This document shows, in pieces, positions 12,900-25,521 of a stretch of DNA of 64,000 bases; positions within the stretch are counted from its first letter, which is position 1; every line of letters starts with the position of its first letter. A program made the translations under genes and the position numbers. The stretch is from positions 19,433,744-19,497,743 of the forward strand of contig MU055600.1 in assembly GCA_013239625.1 (NCBI GenBank), given 5' to 3'. The notes under the pieces were generated by a model that saw only the letters and a list, made by a program, of their open reading frames with translations, did no database searches and was not told the origin of the DNA. This DNA is from Lama guanicoe. Lineage: Eukaryota.

Positions 12900-13830
12900 T
12901 CACTTTAAGTCTTTCTGAGATCTAAGCAAAGAGGCTTATAATCATAATGCGTTCTTTACTTGAGACCGTTTCTTATCTTGAGAATTTTTGCTGGCGAGAC
13001 TATCCTGGACTCTCCATATTGCCTCTGAATTCTTCTTGCGAACCAAATTGTTCTTTCTTGAGTTTCTCTTTCTCTTGCAATGCCTTATCGTGTGCTGCTA
13101 CGGAAGCCAGTGAGCACTTTTCAGAATTCTTCCTGCAAGCTTCCTTAGCCAGATTCACAGGCTCATTTGCTACGTTTTCAGTCTCAAAGATAACACGTAA
13201 CCATTCCCCCACAACATAACACAGGTTGCCCTTTCTCCACCTCCCAAGGGCAGTTTTCTCACTGCCTTTCCAGAATCCACATCCTCATCATCCTTCCAGC
13301 ATCCAGCTGCCACTCAGCCCCAACTCTATTACCATTTTAAATTTTTATTACGGTAGCACCTCTACTCCTATGTACAAAGTTCCATTTCAATTAAGCTCTG
13401 AAAATTTTTTTTAAAAAACTACCTCAAAACTTAGTAGACTAAAATCAGCAATCTGGACTGCTGAGTTGGGCTCTTCATCTCTGCAACAGATGGTTTCAGC
13501 TGACTCTCAAGCATTTGCAGCCAGCTGGTGCCTCCGCTGGGGATGGAGGAACCGCCCTGGCCTCCCTCATGTGCCTTGCGCTCAGCTGGGATGACTGACG
13601 TGGCTGAAGATGGCCTGGGCTCAGTCTCTGCACAAGGATTCTTATCTGCAAGGCGGCTATCGTGCGCTCCTCGACAGGGAGTCTCAAGAAACATGAAAGG
13701 CTCCTCAAGGACCAGGCTCAGCCCTTGCACAACATCCCTTTCTCTGCATTCTCTTTGCCCAAGCAAGTCCCAGGCCCAGCCCAGAGTCCGCGTGGGACAG
13801 AACTACAGAGGGGCACGAATTCAGCACCTT
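12900..13830 (-). mobile_element. Second MaLR LTR plus internal fragment, opposite orientation
   Basis: Minus-strand peptide NLAKEACRKNSEKCSLASVAAHDKALQEKEKLKKE parallels the plus-strand MLT-int segment at ~12550-12680; reverse MLT1-like LTR at ~13380-13830. Confidence 0.55.
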
Positions 13831-15254
13831 TGCCTCTTAATACTCTACCCAGAGCCTAAAAGACTAGAGGTGGTCTGGGGCCCTCTAGACCGAAGGAGAG
13901 GCTCTGGCGCGGAAGTGCTGAGTCAGGGCTGACAGATGAGCCAGTGACCATGTGCAGTGTGCCCCCCTCGCTGGTAGAGAGGGTCCCCTGCACCAGGAGG
14001 GAGGAATCAGCCACCCCTGCCCTGTGCACTCTGGCCTCGGCTCCCTCCTCTCCCCACTCACCCTCCCTGCTGGAAGGGTGATCCCAGGGCCCAGGCTCCT
14101 GCCCACTCGCCCCTCGCCGTCACCATGCCTGGGCTACCGTGATGGGAACAGGCTCTGCCCCGAAGCCCCCTGCACAGCAGCTCGGGGCCGGAGACCCAGG
14201 CACTGGCAAAGAGCAGAAAGCGGAGGGTGGGCACGAGCACCCCCAGGGTGTCCCCCCACAGCGGGCTCTCTGGCTGCTGGAAGGGCCCCACCTGCCGCAG
14301 AACCAGAGACTGTGAGGGCCCTGAGCCACTAAACAGATAGAGATGGAGGCCCAGAGAGGAGCCTCCAGGCAGTGGTCTGTGGCAGATCCCTGCCTCAGGC
14401 CTGGGGGTCTGACCCCTATATCTCATTCGTTCTCTCTGGGGGTCCGTCAGCAGAGACTGACCCTGATGGGAAGGCTCGCCAGGACTTGCCTCCAGCACAG
14501 AGGAGAGGGTGCAGGGGAAATAGAGTGAGGAAACGGAGAGGAGGCTGTCCGTTCCCCAGGGACCCCCCCACAGCAGAGCCCTCTCCGCACCTGGGGCCTC
14601 CTTCAGCAGGACCGCCGTGAAGCAGGGCCAGGCCTTGGGGGCGTCTCTAGGTCCCGAGCTTGCCGTGTTCTTCCTGGTCCGTCAAGGGGTTGCTGCCCTG
14701 ACTCCAGCCCTTAGGCCCCACCCAGCATCCCAGCCTCTTGCCCCAGCTGCCGGCTCGGGCAGCCCTGACACGGCCTTGACCAGCCCCGCCCCCTGGGCCC
14801 CCACCCCTCCCGGCCCTCCAGGCCACCCACTGCGTCAGCCCCCAGAGAGCACAGCCGGCCGTTCCCTGAGCTCACCGGTCAGTCACCTTCCCTGCCCCTA
14901 CTCTGTGCCGGGCCTGGGAGACGGCGATGACTCAGAGCCAGCCCTGCCCTCGGGTCCTTCCTAGACGTGGACAAATAGCCATTTTCCCTCTGACAAGCAG
15001 ATTGATGCCTCCCTCTCAGGAGAGGCTCTTAGAGCCTGGGAAACGCTGCCCCCTCCGCATCCAGAGCAGCTCTGAGGACAAAGAGCCCCGTATCTGCGGT
15101 CCCTCTCCCCAGCCACCGCCTCCTGCCTGGGATTTTCCATCCCTCGTCGGGTGACAGGGAGAAGAGGACTGAGAAGGGCCAGGGAGGCTGGAGAGAGGTG
15201 GAGGCTCACGGGTATCCTCGTGCACACACTGACAGTCCCACACAGCCCGTCAGA

Positions 15255-15437
15255 CGGCACACACACACCATGCGCGTGCACAGCTTGGAGACACAAACAC
15301 CAGGCATGAGCGCGCGCGCACACACACACACACACACAAGCATACACGCACACACACCACACAGGATCACGTGCACACAAAAATAATACGGAGGCATGCA
15401 CATGCTGCAGCCACGGCACACAGACACTCGCACACAG
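15255..15437. repeat. CA-rich microsatellite region with (GC)n(CA)n core
   Basis: GCGCGCGCGCACACACACACACACACACA at ~15310-15338 within degenerate CA repeats. Confidence 0.9.
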
Positions 15438-18323
15438 ACTAGCTCGGGTGAGGTCACCCAGGTCTCACGATCACAGAGGGCACGTGCGTCACATTGGCTC
15501 TGCCCTGGGGCTGGGTGGTGCTCCCTGCAGCCTGGGCTGTCACACAGCCCCTATTTCTGTGGGCTGCAGCCTATGACAAGAAGAGGGGAAATGGAGAAAG
15601 GTTGGCAGGTGCATTTTGAGGAAGTCCTCAGCCAGGCTGTGGGGCACCCACAGTGGTCCCGGAACAGGGTAGGATCCAAAAGAAGTGTGGGGATTGTGAG
15701 TCTGGGGGTACACAGCCAGCCACACTCCCCCCACTGCAGACCAGGAAGTGCCAACTCAGTGTTCAAACTAGGGAGCCACTACCCGGGGCCACGGGAACTT
15801 CAGCACCCCACCACTGGCCTCTGCTGAGAGGGGAGGCTCCAAAGCCCCCGGCCCCTGCCCTCCCCCACACAGGGCATCCCAGATGCAGACCTGCTGCTCC
15901 AGCAGATTTCAGGGCTGGGAGCAGAGGAATCGATGATGCTCGGAGCACTTACAGCCAGTGGGAGAAGCCGCCCTGGGCCTCCCTGACACCAGAAATAAAT
16001 GATTCCACGAACAGAAAACCACTCAGACGCACCCGGAATGACCCGCTGGAGAGGGCTTTGACCTTGAGGGATGGCCCTGCCAGCGGCATCCCGCTGCTGC
16101 GAGCAGCCCGGGGTCAGGCCACACAGCATCCAGGCCCCAGGACCCCCACAGCCCAAGCCGCAGCCACCGACAGCTCCACCAGGCAGCCTCCCAGCCCAGG
16201 CACATGTGGGACTGGAACCCGGAGGCCAGCCTTTTAGAGAACAGATGTTTGGAAGGATCTGTCTGTGGACAAAAGTGAGGTTTAGTTTTCTTAAGCAGAA
16301 AACCTGGTTTCTTTATTGTCTCACATGACTCCAAACCAGTAGGCAAGTGAGATCCCTGGCTCATGGGGGACCCCCACCACCTGCTAGCTCCCCCCAAGTG
16401 TCTCCAGGAGTCCCAGGAGGGGCCCCACGCGTACTTGTGAGTGAAGCTGGGCAGCTGCTGTACAACAGCTGCATATTTATTCCTCTTCCACTGGGGACGG
16501 TGTCCGCCTGACACTGCCATGTCAGCCGGGTAGTTCTGCGTCCCTCTGGCACCACTGCGGAGCCCAGTCTGTCCCCTAGCCAGGCAGAGTGGGCAAAACC
16601 TCCCTTCTCCCTCGCCATGCTCAGTCAGAGGGGTCCAGAGCAGGGCTGCTTGGGCCCCACTGCCTTATGGAAGTCTAGGAAAATAACTTTAGCAATTCTG
16701 ACCATCCCAGCCATCCTTTCTCCCACACCTTAGCATCCAGACATGAGCCCATGGGGACTGGTGATGGAGACAGAACAACTCTGCCCCCAATGCCTCCACT
16801 GGCCTGGCCACCTCTTCCCAAAGGTAAGGACTCTTCCCAAATGACCATCAGTCTACGTGAAAGAGGATGCCGCCTCACCAGTCACCAGAATTATCTAGTC
16901 TCATTGGAATTCTGGAGATGGACATTGGTTTGGCTCCAGCAAGGAGCCCCTTTACACACAGACACATGTTGAGCCTACAGAAGTAATGACGGCACCTTAA
17001 CAAAGTCGAAACCAAGGGCCTGGCTTGGCACTGCTCACCACCAGCTCCACCTGAAACTGCCCGAGGGACCAACCGAACATTGTCTCCCGGGGCGGAGCCA
17101 GGCGCTCTGCGCAGGGCTGGGACCTGACCGCCGCCTCCCTCCCCGCGCTGTGGGCAAAGACGGAGGATCTAGACTCCCACATCCCTTGCCCCACTTGCTT
17201 CTGTTCCATAAAAAATAAGGACGGTTGATGCAGAAGGAGGGAGAAATCACTGAGCCACTGGGCACCAGTTCCTTTCTTGTCTGGGAAAGCCACTCCAGGC
17301 TCCTGGTTGTGATTTGCCTCACGTGTACACTGACCACAGGAGAAGCCCTGATACCTCTCTCTGTGTGGTGTTCTCTCTCTCTCTCTGTGTGTTTGTGTGT
17401 GAGTGAGATTATTAGAATTTAAAATATTTAAAATCCAACTGCAGTTGGAGAAGTGGTCCTAGGAGAACAACGGAATTCCTCAGAGGGAGAGAGCTGCTCT
17501 TTTGTTTGGGGAAACACCTTAATGGATCCTTTAATTATGCAAGAGAGGCCCTAGGGCCGCTCTGGATGGGAGGATGAGACAGAGAGGAAGCTAAACTGCT
17601 CCGAGTAAAAACTCACAGGAATTTTCAAACCATCCCAGGGGGTCCTGAGCAAGAGGAGAAAAGTTAGGGGCCTAAGGAAAAGGGCAGCCATAAGGAGCTC
17701 CCTGTGCCAAGAGCCCTCGGGCCCTGACACCCAGGGGACAGCCCTGCCCTCCCCCCCTCTACCTAGACACGCAGGAAGAGGGCTGCCTGGAGGGCTGAGG
17801 AGTCTGGATTACAGATTTCAACTGTGTCACTCCCGGGGTCGCAGTTTTATCATAAAGCAATACATTGGCATTCTGCCTTTCTGGGAGTTGGGGAAGGGTG
17901 GAAGCAGCACGGGGAACAGGAGATGGAGGTGAGGCAACTGGCCACCAAAGAGAGATTCGGGGTAGAACAGAGATGACCCAGGGGTATTTGACTTCTGTTC
18001 TGTTTTGTGGTTGGCAAGCCCCCCACCCCCACCCCGTCCCCTTGCCTCATCAAATCATCAGCAGCATCTGCATCCCTCGCTAGTGCTTTGCGGGCCCTAC
18101 TTGACTTTGCAGGGAAGGCGCATGCCGAACCCTGCCCCAGCGTAGGCCCAGGCAATGGCGGACACTCGGTCATACCTGGGCACCACCTAAACTGAACGTG
18201 CTCCATTCAAAGGGCTGTCTTTTATTCTCAGGTTCTGTCCTTCCTCTCTTTTATGATATGATGGAATTTTTTTTTACATCCTTACTTGACAAAATAAACA
18301 TTTCAACCTAGCATTATCTCCCT

Positions 18324-18432
18324 TTTTATTTATTTATTTTTAATTAAAGTATAGTTAATTGACAATATTATATTAGCTTCAGGTGGACAACATAGTGATT
18401 CAGTATTTTTATAGGTTACATGCCATTTAAAG
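18324..18432 (-). mobile_element. L1 3'-end fragment
   Basis: T-rich tail then reverse L1 3' end (AAGTATAGTTAATTGACAATATTATATTAGCTTCAGGTG). Confidence 0.7.
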
Positions 18433-18448
18433 ATGACCTCCCTTTTTT

Positions 18449-18692
18449 GGAAGGGGAGGAATAAGTTAGGAGTTTGGGATTAACAGATACACATTACTAT
18501 GCACAAAACAGATAAACAACAAGGACCTACTGTGTAGCACAGGAAACTATTCAATTTCTTGTAATAAGCTATAACTGAAAAGAATTGGAAAAATACATAC
18601 ATGTGTATGTACACGGATAACTGAATCACTTTGCTGTACACCTGAAACTAATGCTGCAAGTCAACTACACTTCAATAAAAAATAAAATTAAA
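18449..18692 (+). mobile_element. L1 3'-end fragment
   Basis: GGAGTTTGGGATTAACAGATACAC...TCAACTACACTTCAATAAAA; duplication TGACCTCCCTTT at 18434 and 18697. Confidence 0.8.
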
Positions 18693-20251
18693 CAGTTGAC
18701 CTCCCTTTCTGAAAAAACCTTTCTTACTGGTCCTTGAAATCCCAGAGTCTGACATAAAGCTGTGCTAATGGTCCTGTCCCCACGTGAATCTTACCGAGGT
18801 CAGCAGTGCGGGGACCCTTGTGATGGGAGCGGCTCCCCCTTTCACAAAGCCCTCTGTGCTTCCGCGGCCCCGTGCACGGCGGTCGGGCTCACTGTGACAG
18901 CAGGAAGGCGGCGCAGTCTTTCAGTCAATGAAACCAGCCTTTACAAGCAGCAAATGAAAGTTTCATGGGCACTTCATGTCCTTGGAGAACTTCCTCGTTT
19001 TTTTCCTGAATAAGCATCAGCTTAGAGGTGCGTGTATTTTAGTCTGCTGTTCGGGTCACAAGATCAGAATTTTTCATCTCCTCAATCACGCTTAAATATC
19101 ATTTAGTCTTTATTATACTTTTCATGGCACCTTGCAGTCTTTTTCCTTGTCCTGAAGAGCAGCGGCCCGTTCTCACCCCCCGGCCTGCATGATGTGCACA
19201 CTCCCCAGGCCCTGTGCCCGTGCCTCCTCCCAGGTCTCCTTGGTCTCCAGCGGCACCCAGGTGAAGCCCCTCGTCCACGCTCTGCCCTGGGTCCTCTTCC
19301 TTCCACACAGTGTTCATCAGGGTGTTATCTGGACCAGCATTCAACTTGTCCAGCCCCAGGAGGCTGTGAGTCAGTCAGGGCGGAGCTCGAGGGGCCCTGA
19401 AGTCACCCAGAGACCCCCGGGGGCCTGTCTCCCTCCCCCACGTCGGATGGAGGCTCCGTGGGCGACCACTTAGGGCAGGGCTCCTGGTGGCAGCTCCCTC
19501 CTAGGGTTCCCGTCACATTGTTCGGGAAGGCTTCCCCGGCCAAGATGTGCAGCCACAGCTGTTCCCTTCGCTCCTCTCCTGCCAGCAAGGGCATTTCTGC
19601 AGCACTGCCCTGGGCCTTCACGGCGCTCAGGGATTTAGGCCCCTATGCCCCAGGGTCACTGGGAGGGAGCATGTGGCCAGGCCGCTGTGTGTCTGCAGGC
19701 AGAGAGCGAGCATGGAGTCGGGTGGGAGCCCTGTTCCATGCTCTCGCCACACGGGATGTGTCTTGCACATTCTTCGCCCTGGTTTAGGGCTACTTGCTTA
19801 TCTAAGCACGTGTGGGTGGGATAACTCAGGAAGCAGAGCATCCACGGAGTGAGACGGATTGTGGAAGGATGTTCACCTCCCTGCAAGAACACGGGCCCCG
19901 CCTCCCTCAGATGCGCTGCGGGGGTTGAAGCCTCACAGGCGGAGGAAGGCCGAGGGCTGTGGCCTTTCCCACTGAGCCCAGAGCCCCTCGCCCACACTGT
20001 GGGGGAACATGCAGTGTCTGTGAGTCTTTGTGTGGGGACAGAGGTGCAGGTGCCCAGTCATGTGGGCTTGGGGAGCACATAGTGTTCATTGCACTGTGTG
20101 TGGCGGGGGGTGTATATGGGTCTGCTAACGTCCAGGTGTTCGTATGAACATGACTGGGTGCGAGTGTGTGTGCACGTATGTGAACAACTCTTATACAGGA
20201 CAAGGGAGTGAGGGGTGCCTGACTGTGAAAGATGAGGGATAAGGGAGAAAA

Positions 20252-20608
20252 TGGTTATGGACCGAAAGCTTGTACCCCCGCCCAGATTCACATGTTGAAA
20301 TCCTACCCCCCAAGGAGAGGCTGTTAGGAGATGGGGCTGTGAGGAGTGATTGGGTCACGAGAGCAGACCCCTCCTGAACGGGATTCGTGCCCTTAAACAA
20401 GAGACCCCATTGAGCACTCTCCCCCTTTCCACGCGTGAGGACACAGCAAGACGAAGCTCGTCTGTGGACCAAGAAGAGGGTTCTCAACACACACCAGCTC
20501 TGCCAGCACCTTGATCACGGACTTCCCAGCCTCCAGAACCGTGAGAGATACATGTTTGCTGGTTGAGTCTGTGGCATTTTGTTACAGCAGCCCAAGCTGA
20601 CTAAGACG
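20252..20608 (+). mobile_element. MaLR solo LTR (MLT1A/MST-like)
   Basis: CCAGATTCACATGTTGAAATCCTACCCCC...GGACTTCCCAGCCTCCAGAACCGTGAG...GTTACAGCAGCCCAAGCTGACTAAGAC. Confidence 0.8.
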
Positions 20609-23600
20609 AGAACTAAAGCAGTAAAATTGTTTCTCCCTTCTCCTCTCTGTATTTCTTCTCTGACTTTCAGCACAGGGTGAGGGTGACTCAGAAAAACTCT
20701 GAAAAATCTCAGAGTTGGAAGGAGTCGTCTAATACATGAAGCCCTGCAGCAGAGTCCCCGACGAGTAGCTGTCTTCTGTTTAAACCCTCCTGGTGGGGTC
20801 TAGGGTGTTCACTGCCACTCCAGGGGGGTACGTCTCTTTATCCAGTGGCTCTGATCACTGGAAATACCTTCCTTATGGTACCTAAAACCAGTTTCCCTGC
20901 AAATTCCACTCACTGATACAGCTGCTCTCTGATGAGTTTCACAAACCAAGTTTCCTTTCTCTGTGCCAGCTTTGTCGTGGTCTCTTGTAATATGACCCGC
21001 AGGACCAAACATGATTCTCCAGACTCAGTCAGACCAGAGCGGGTAGGACAGCTGAGAACATTTGCTGTGTCCAAGACAAGGTGGGGATAGGAACTGATAC
21101 CTAGAAACTTTTGAGAACTCCTATATAGTCCCTCCTTATAAGGAAGTCCCGAAGGCCCCATCACCAGATACCATCCCATGGGGGACCAGGATCTCAGTGT
21201 ATGAGTTTCGAAGGGGTACAAACATTGAATCCATAACAGAAGGGAAAGAAAGGACGGGTGATTTAAGAGAAACTTAAGAGGTGGGATCCATTGGATTCAG
21301 GGATGGAGTAGAATTGAGACATGGGGATAAGGGAAGAGGAAGATTCTGGAATAACTCTTGGGTTTCTGGTACTGGTGACTTTATGGCCCACATACCTGGA
21401 GACACAAAATACTGCAGAAGACACAGGTTTAAAACAGAGCAGAGGGAAGAGATGGAGGTGAGAAGAAAAAGGCAGTGATCCGTTCAGTTTGAGACTTGTT
21501 GAATTGGAGGTGCCTTGAGACATCCAAAGAAACGTCCAGTCCTTATGGGCCCTCAGGTCTGGAGGTCAGGAGACAGGCCATGGCTACAGACACAGGGTCA
21601 GAGGAAGGGATGCTGAGCTGAGAACCCAAGAATGACTTGGAGAGCCAGGCAACGAGGAAGGGGAGAGAGTGTTTCCGGTAGAAGGCACTGTGTACACGAA
21701 GACCACAGCCTGAGAGGAGCTGGCCTCTGCTCTGACTGTCCGGCCTTCATGTTGAGAATGAAGGAAATGGGGATCCCTGGAAAACAGAGCACGTCCGCCT
21801 CTGCCCGAATCAGCTGTGAGCCCCCGGGAGGGCTGGCCGAGAGCGAGCACGGCCAGCGTACACGAGACCACCCACGGCAACTAACAAAAGCCAGGGGTGT
21901 TTTCTTGTCACCCATGAGCATCAAAGCAGCAGACACCAGCAAAGAGCAGCTCAAGCTGCTCCAAGAATGAATCTCCTTTGAAACATCACAAATGAAAGAC
22001 AGAAGCCTCTTAACCTAGTGACGGCTCCTGATGGAATAAAGCGCTTTCTCTGAAGCTATCCCCAAATTAGCAAAACCATAATTAGGATTACGAAATGAAT
22101 AGATCAGAATTCCAGAGAGAAAATATTTACTCAGGCAAAACCTCCTCGATTCAATAGCTCTTTCAATTAATTTTTTCTAAAGTTTTGGATTTCCACAGAC
22201 TAATCTGCTGGTATTTAGAAGGGTTTGTAAGCCACTTGCCAAGTAGTTAAAAAGTGTGAAATGTCTTTGCCAGGAAGCTCTTTGGGGACCTTTGGGGGAA
22301 CATACAGAGAGGAGTAAGGTATTCGAAACGCCTCCCTTCCGCCAGCAGGACGCTGCCTTCTCCAGTGCTGGGTCGCCTCCCGCTGGGACATGCCTTACAA
22401 ACTGTCAGGTTCTCCAGCACCTTGGCCAAGCTCTGATGCAGTGGTTGCCCCCGCAGGAGGGATGGAGCGTGCGTGGGAGGCTTCTTCACTGTAGAACCAA
22501 AGGCTCTATTTGGAGGAAGCTGATGGATGATTAGAGCTGGCAGGGCTCACACATGGAGCCAGACTCGTTTGCCCTTTGAATGCGATGCTGAATGCAGCCT
22601 GGGCCACTTGGAGCACTGAGACTTATTTGGGTTACCCCAGGATTTTGCCTAGTGGGACCTCTGGGAGAATGCTTGATGTGGAAGGCAAGGAAGGTCTTCC
22701 CCAGAGCCCTAGCCCACCTGCCGCCTCTCTGTTCCTCAGCCTACTCATGTTCGCCAGCTGCACAGGTTCCTTCCTCCCTCTCCAAACTCACCTTTTGCCC
22801 TGGCTGTGCCCTACTTTAAATGTTCTCTTCCTTGAAGAAGAGAAAGGTCAGTCTGGAGAACAAAGTGTTCTGCGTAGTTCTGAGCCCAGGCCTGGTGCTC
22901 GTCCAGTGGGAGCCTCTGATCCACCCCTCACCAACCTTGAAGCAAGACACAGACATTCCAATTTTGTTCCTCCGAAGAAAAGCGACTGCACGATGCATTA
23001 GAATAAGAGACTGACTTTCTTCTGAGGTTTCAGTAGGGAAGACACAGTAGAGGGTCACGTGACAGCACACGGCAAATTCCAATCAGACCTCCCACTCTCG
23101 CTGCTAAGTTTCTCGTGGGCCACGCATGTCCCCCTCCCGCTTGACCGTCTCCGCACAGTTCAGCCTCTACTCCTGCCACCCACCCCCGTGTATTTCTCTC
23201 TCTTTCTACAGAGAAGTTTAACTCTTCCCTGCCTTGCTTCCAGTTTTAGAGTCTCCCTCCATGACCCCCCTCAACAGTTTTTGAGCTCTGTCTTCTTCAG
23301 AAGGCAGTGGGGAGCTGAGAATCACAAACGATATTTTTCTGCGTGGCATCGTTTGCCCTTGTTAACGAGCACCAGAACTCCGTGGGGAGCGCAGTTTGGG
23401 GCCTGGCTGAGGATGAGGGGACAGCTTTAGTGGCCACTCTGACCACAGGACCTTCGCGAGGCCACCTGGCCTTCCTGTCCAGGCTGCCCTGAGGTCCTTC
23501 TGAAGACCTCGCCAGGGCTGTTCCACCCAGAAGTGGTCTCAGGCCCCGGATGCACAAAGACCTCAGCAGACCATGGGAAAAGAGACGCAGACTAAAGTGA

Positions 23601-24158
23601 GAAAGTGGAACAAGGGCTCTTCACAGGAAGAGATGCCCGGGCTGCAGTTGCCTGAGGGCAGGTTCTGGGAACCATAAAATCTGAAGTCACAGGACATTCC
23701 AGTTGGGTGGTTGCTGGATTCACTCAGGCCTTGGGGAAAGGAGGCAGCCACATCCTTCCTCTCGTCTTCAGTCCTTGCCCACCCATTTCCACCTGGGAAA
23801 GCTGGGGTTGCCCTGCCGGTCCAAGTCAGGTAACCCAATGTAGCTTTTTCCACAGGGGTGGGCCTGAAAGCTGCTGGCAGGAGAGCCCAGCCAAGTCTTT
23901 AGTATCTGCTTATCCCCACACGTTGCCCTGGGGAAAAATAGTATCACTCCGACTCCATAGAGGAGGAGAGAAAAACACATCTAATGGACTGTGGCAGCCC
24001 CAGAGAGGTGTCTCATTTCAGAGCTCGTAGGAAGGGCTCACCTTCATGGCACTCGAGTCTAAAGCTGTGACTTGGAGTCACTGGGGGCTGGGATGAGGCC
24101 ACGTGGGAGCAGTGGTTTGGAGTCCTGGCTGGTGGGGAGTGTATGAAGTTCTAATGTA

Positions 24159-24173
24159 CCAGCAGGGGGCAGC
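24159..24173 (+). promoter_or_regulatory. Candidate CTCF site
   Basis: CCAGCAGGGGGCAGC matches the CCASYAGRKGGCRS core. Confidence 0.55.
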
Positions 24174-24459
24174 GATGAGCAAGAACCTGGAGTAGTTTGT
24201 AGGCTGACTTCTGCTTGCTGGAGACTGGAAACACCGAGGAGGGAAGCCCTCGGAAGGATTGGACTCTGCCGTTCAGATTGGGGGGGGGTGGATTCAGAGT
24301 CTTCATACACTGAGATATTTTTGGGTGCATTTTACCAAGTTGGATACTGTCAGATATTTACAGATATTTACGCTGATAAAAGATATGCATCTGACAGATT
24401 GTGCTTTCCAAAGACGGCGGCAGCAATACCACTCAACCCACATGTCCTTCTGTGACGCA

Positions 24460-24586
24460 GGGAGGGGACAGCTCAGCGGTAGAGCGCGTGCTCAGAGAGC
24501 ACAAGGTCCTGGGTTCAATCCCCAGCACCTCCTCTGAAAATAAATAAATAAAACTAATTACCCACCCCCACAAAAATTTTAAAAAA
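24460..24586 (+). mobile_element. Camelid tRNA-derived SINE
   Basis: GGGAGGGGACAGCTCAGCGGTAGAGCGCGTGCTC...GGTCCTGGGTTCAATCCCCAGCACCTCC plus AAACTAATTACC tail. Confidence 0.9.
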
Positions 24587-24810
24587 GAGAGATTCTTCTC
24601 CTGTGATGTAAACCTGCCGCAGCCCTGTCAAGCAGTGGGGTTTCTTCCCTTCTTATGTCTGGGTCATCCAACGCCTGCTTCAACCAATAAAATTCAGCGG
24701 AGGTGCTACTGTGCCAGTTCTGGGCAGAGCTGTGGACTGGCCTCGTGGCTTCTGCTTCCTAACTCTGGGAGTGCTCTCACTTGGGATTATAACTTTCAGA
24801 ACCCAGCTAC

Positions 24811-25521
24811 TGTCCTGACTATGTTTTATTTTCTGTATTCTTAATGCTCTGGTGTTTGAGGCCCTGATCCCGGAGAGAAAGCCCCTCTCAGGGGTAGCTC
24901 ATTCCCAGACCGTCCGTTACGAGCGCTCCTTCGATGTACAAACCAACAGATCTATGTATTTATTTATTTAGGGTTTTTTGGGGGGGTAATTAGGTTATTC
25001 ATGTATTTGTTTTAGAGGAGGTGCTGGGGATTGAACCTAGGACCTCGTGCGTGCTAAGCATGGGCTCTGCCACTTGAGCTATGCGCCCCCCCCACTAAAC
25101 TAACAAATCCAGAGCCTACGTTTCCAACGTCTCCGTTACCAACTTCTTACACACTAAACCAATAGTCTCCCTGCCCTAAACCACTCCAGGGCCAAGGACC
25201 AGACAACTGAGCACCACCCTGTAGCCAGAGCCTACGGAGATTATTCAAAATATCCAATCCGAAACTCAGTCACTGTGCCTACCCTGCCTCACCCATCCTT
25301 CCCACGAAAACCCCAGTGAAGGCTCTGGGCCATGCCCTCCTCGCCCTGATTTCTGCCCCCTGCCCGACCCCGGTGCTTCCTTGTGTGGCCCTGTGCAGCG
25401 CACACTGCCTCCCGTTTCTAGGGGTCTGTGAGTGTGAACATCTTCCACCGTGACAACCCTTTCCACATCTGCATGTCTCACCATATCTGATTTAAATAAG
25501 TCCTAGGTACATTTTAGAACA
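24811..25521 (+). mobile_element. ERVL solo LTR (MER74-like)
   Basis: TGT...ACA termini; 5-bp TSD GCTAC/GCCAC (4/5); internal MER74-like phrases (CAGGGCCAAGGACCAGACAACT, ATTATTCAAAATATCCAATCC). Confidence 0.7.
24954..25093 (-). mobile_element. Camelid tRNA-derived SINE inside MER74-like LTR
   Basis: Reverse SINE (GGGGATTGAACCTAGGACCTCGTGCGTGCTAAGCA); TSD-like AAACCAACAGATC / AAACTAACAAATC. Confidence 0.9.
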
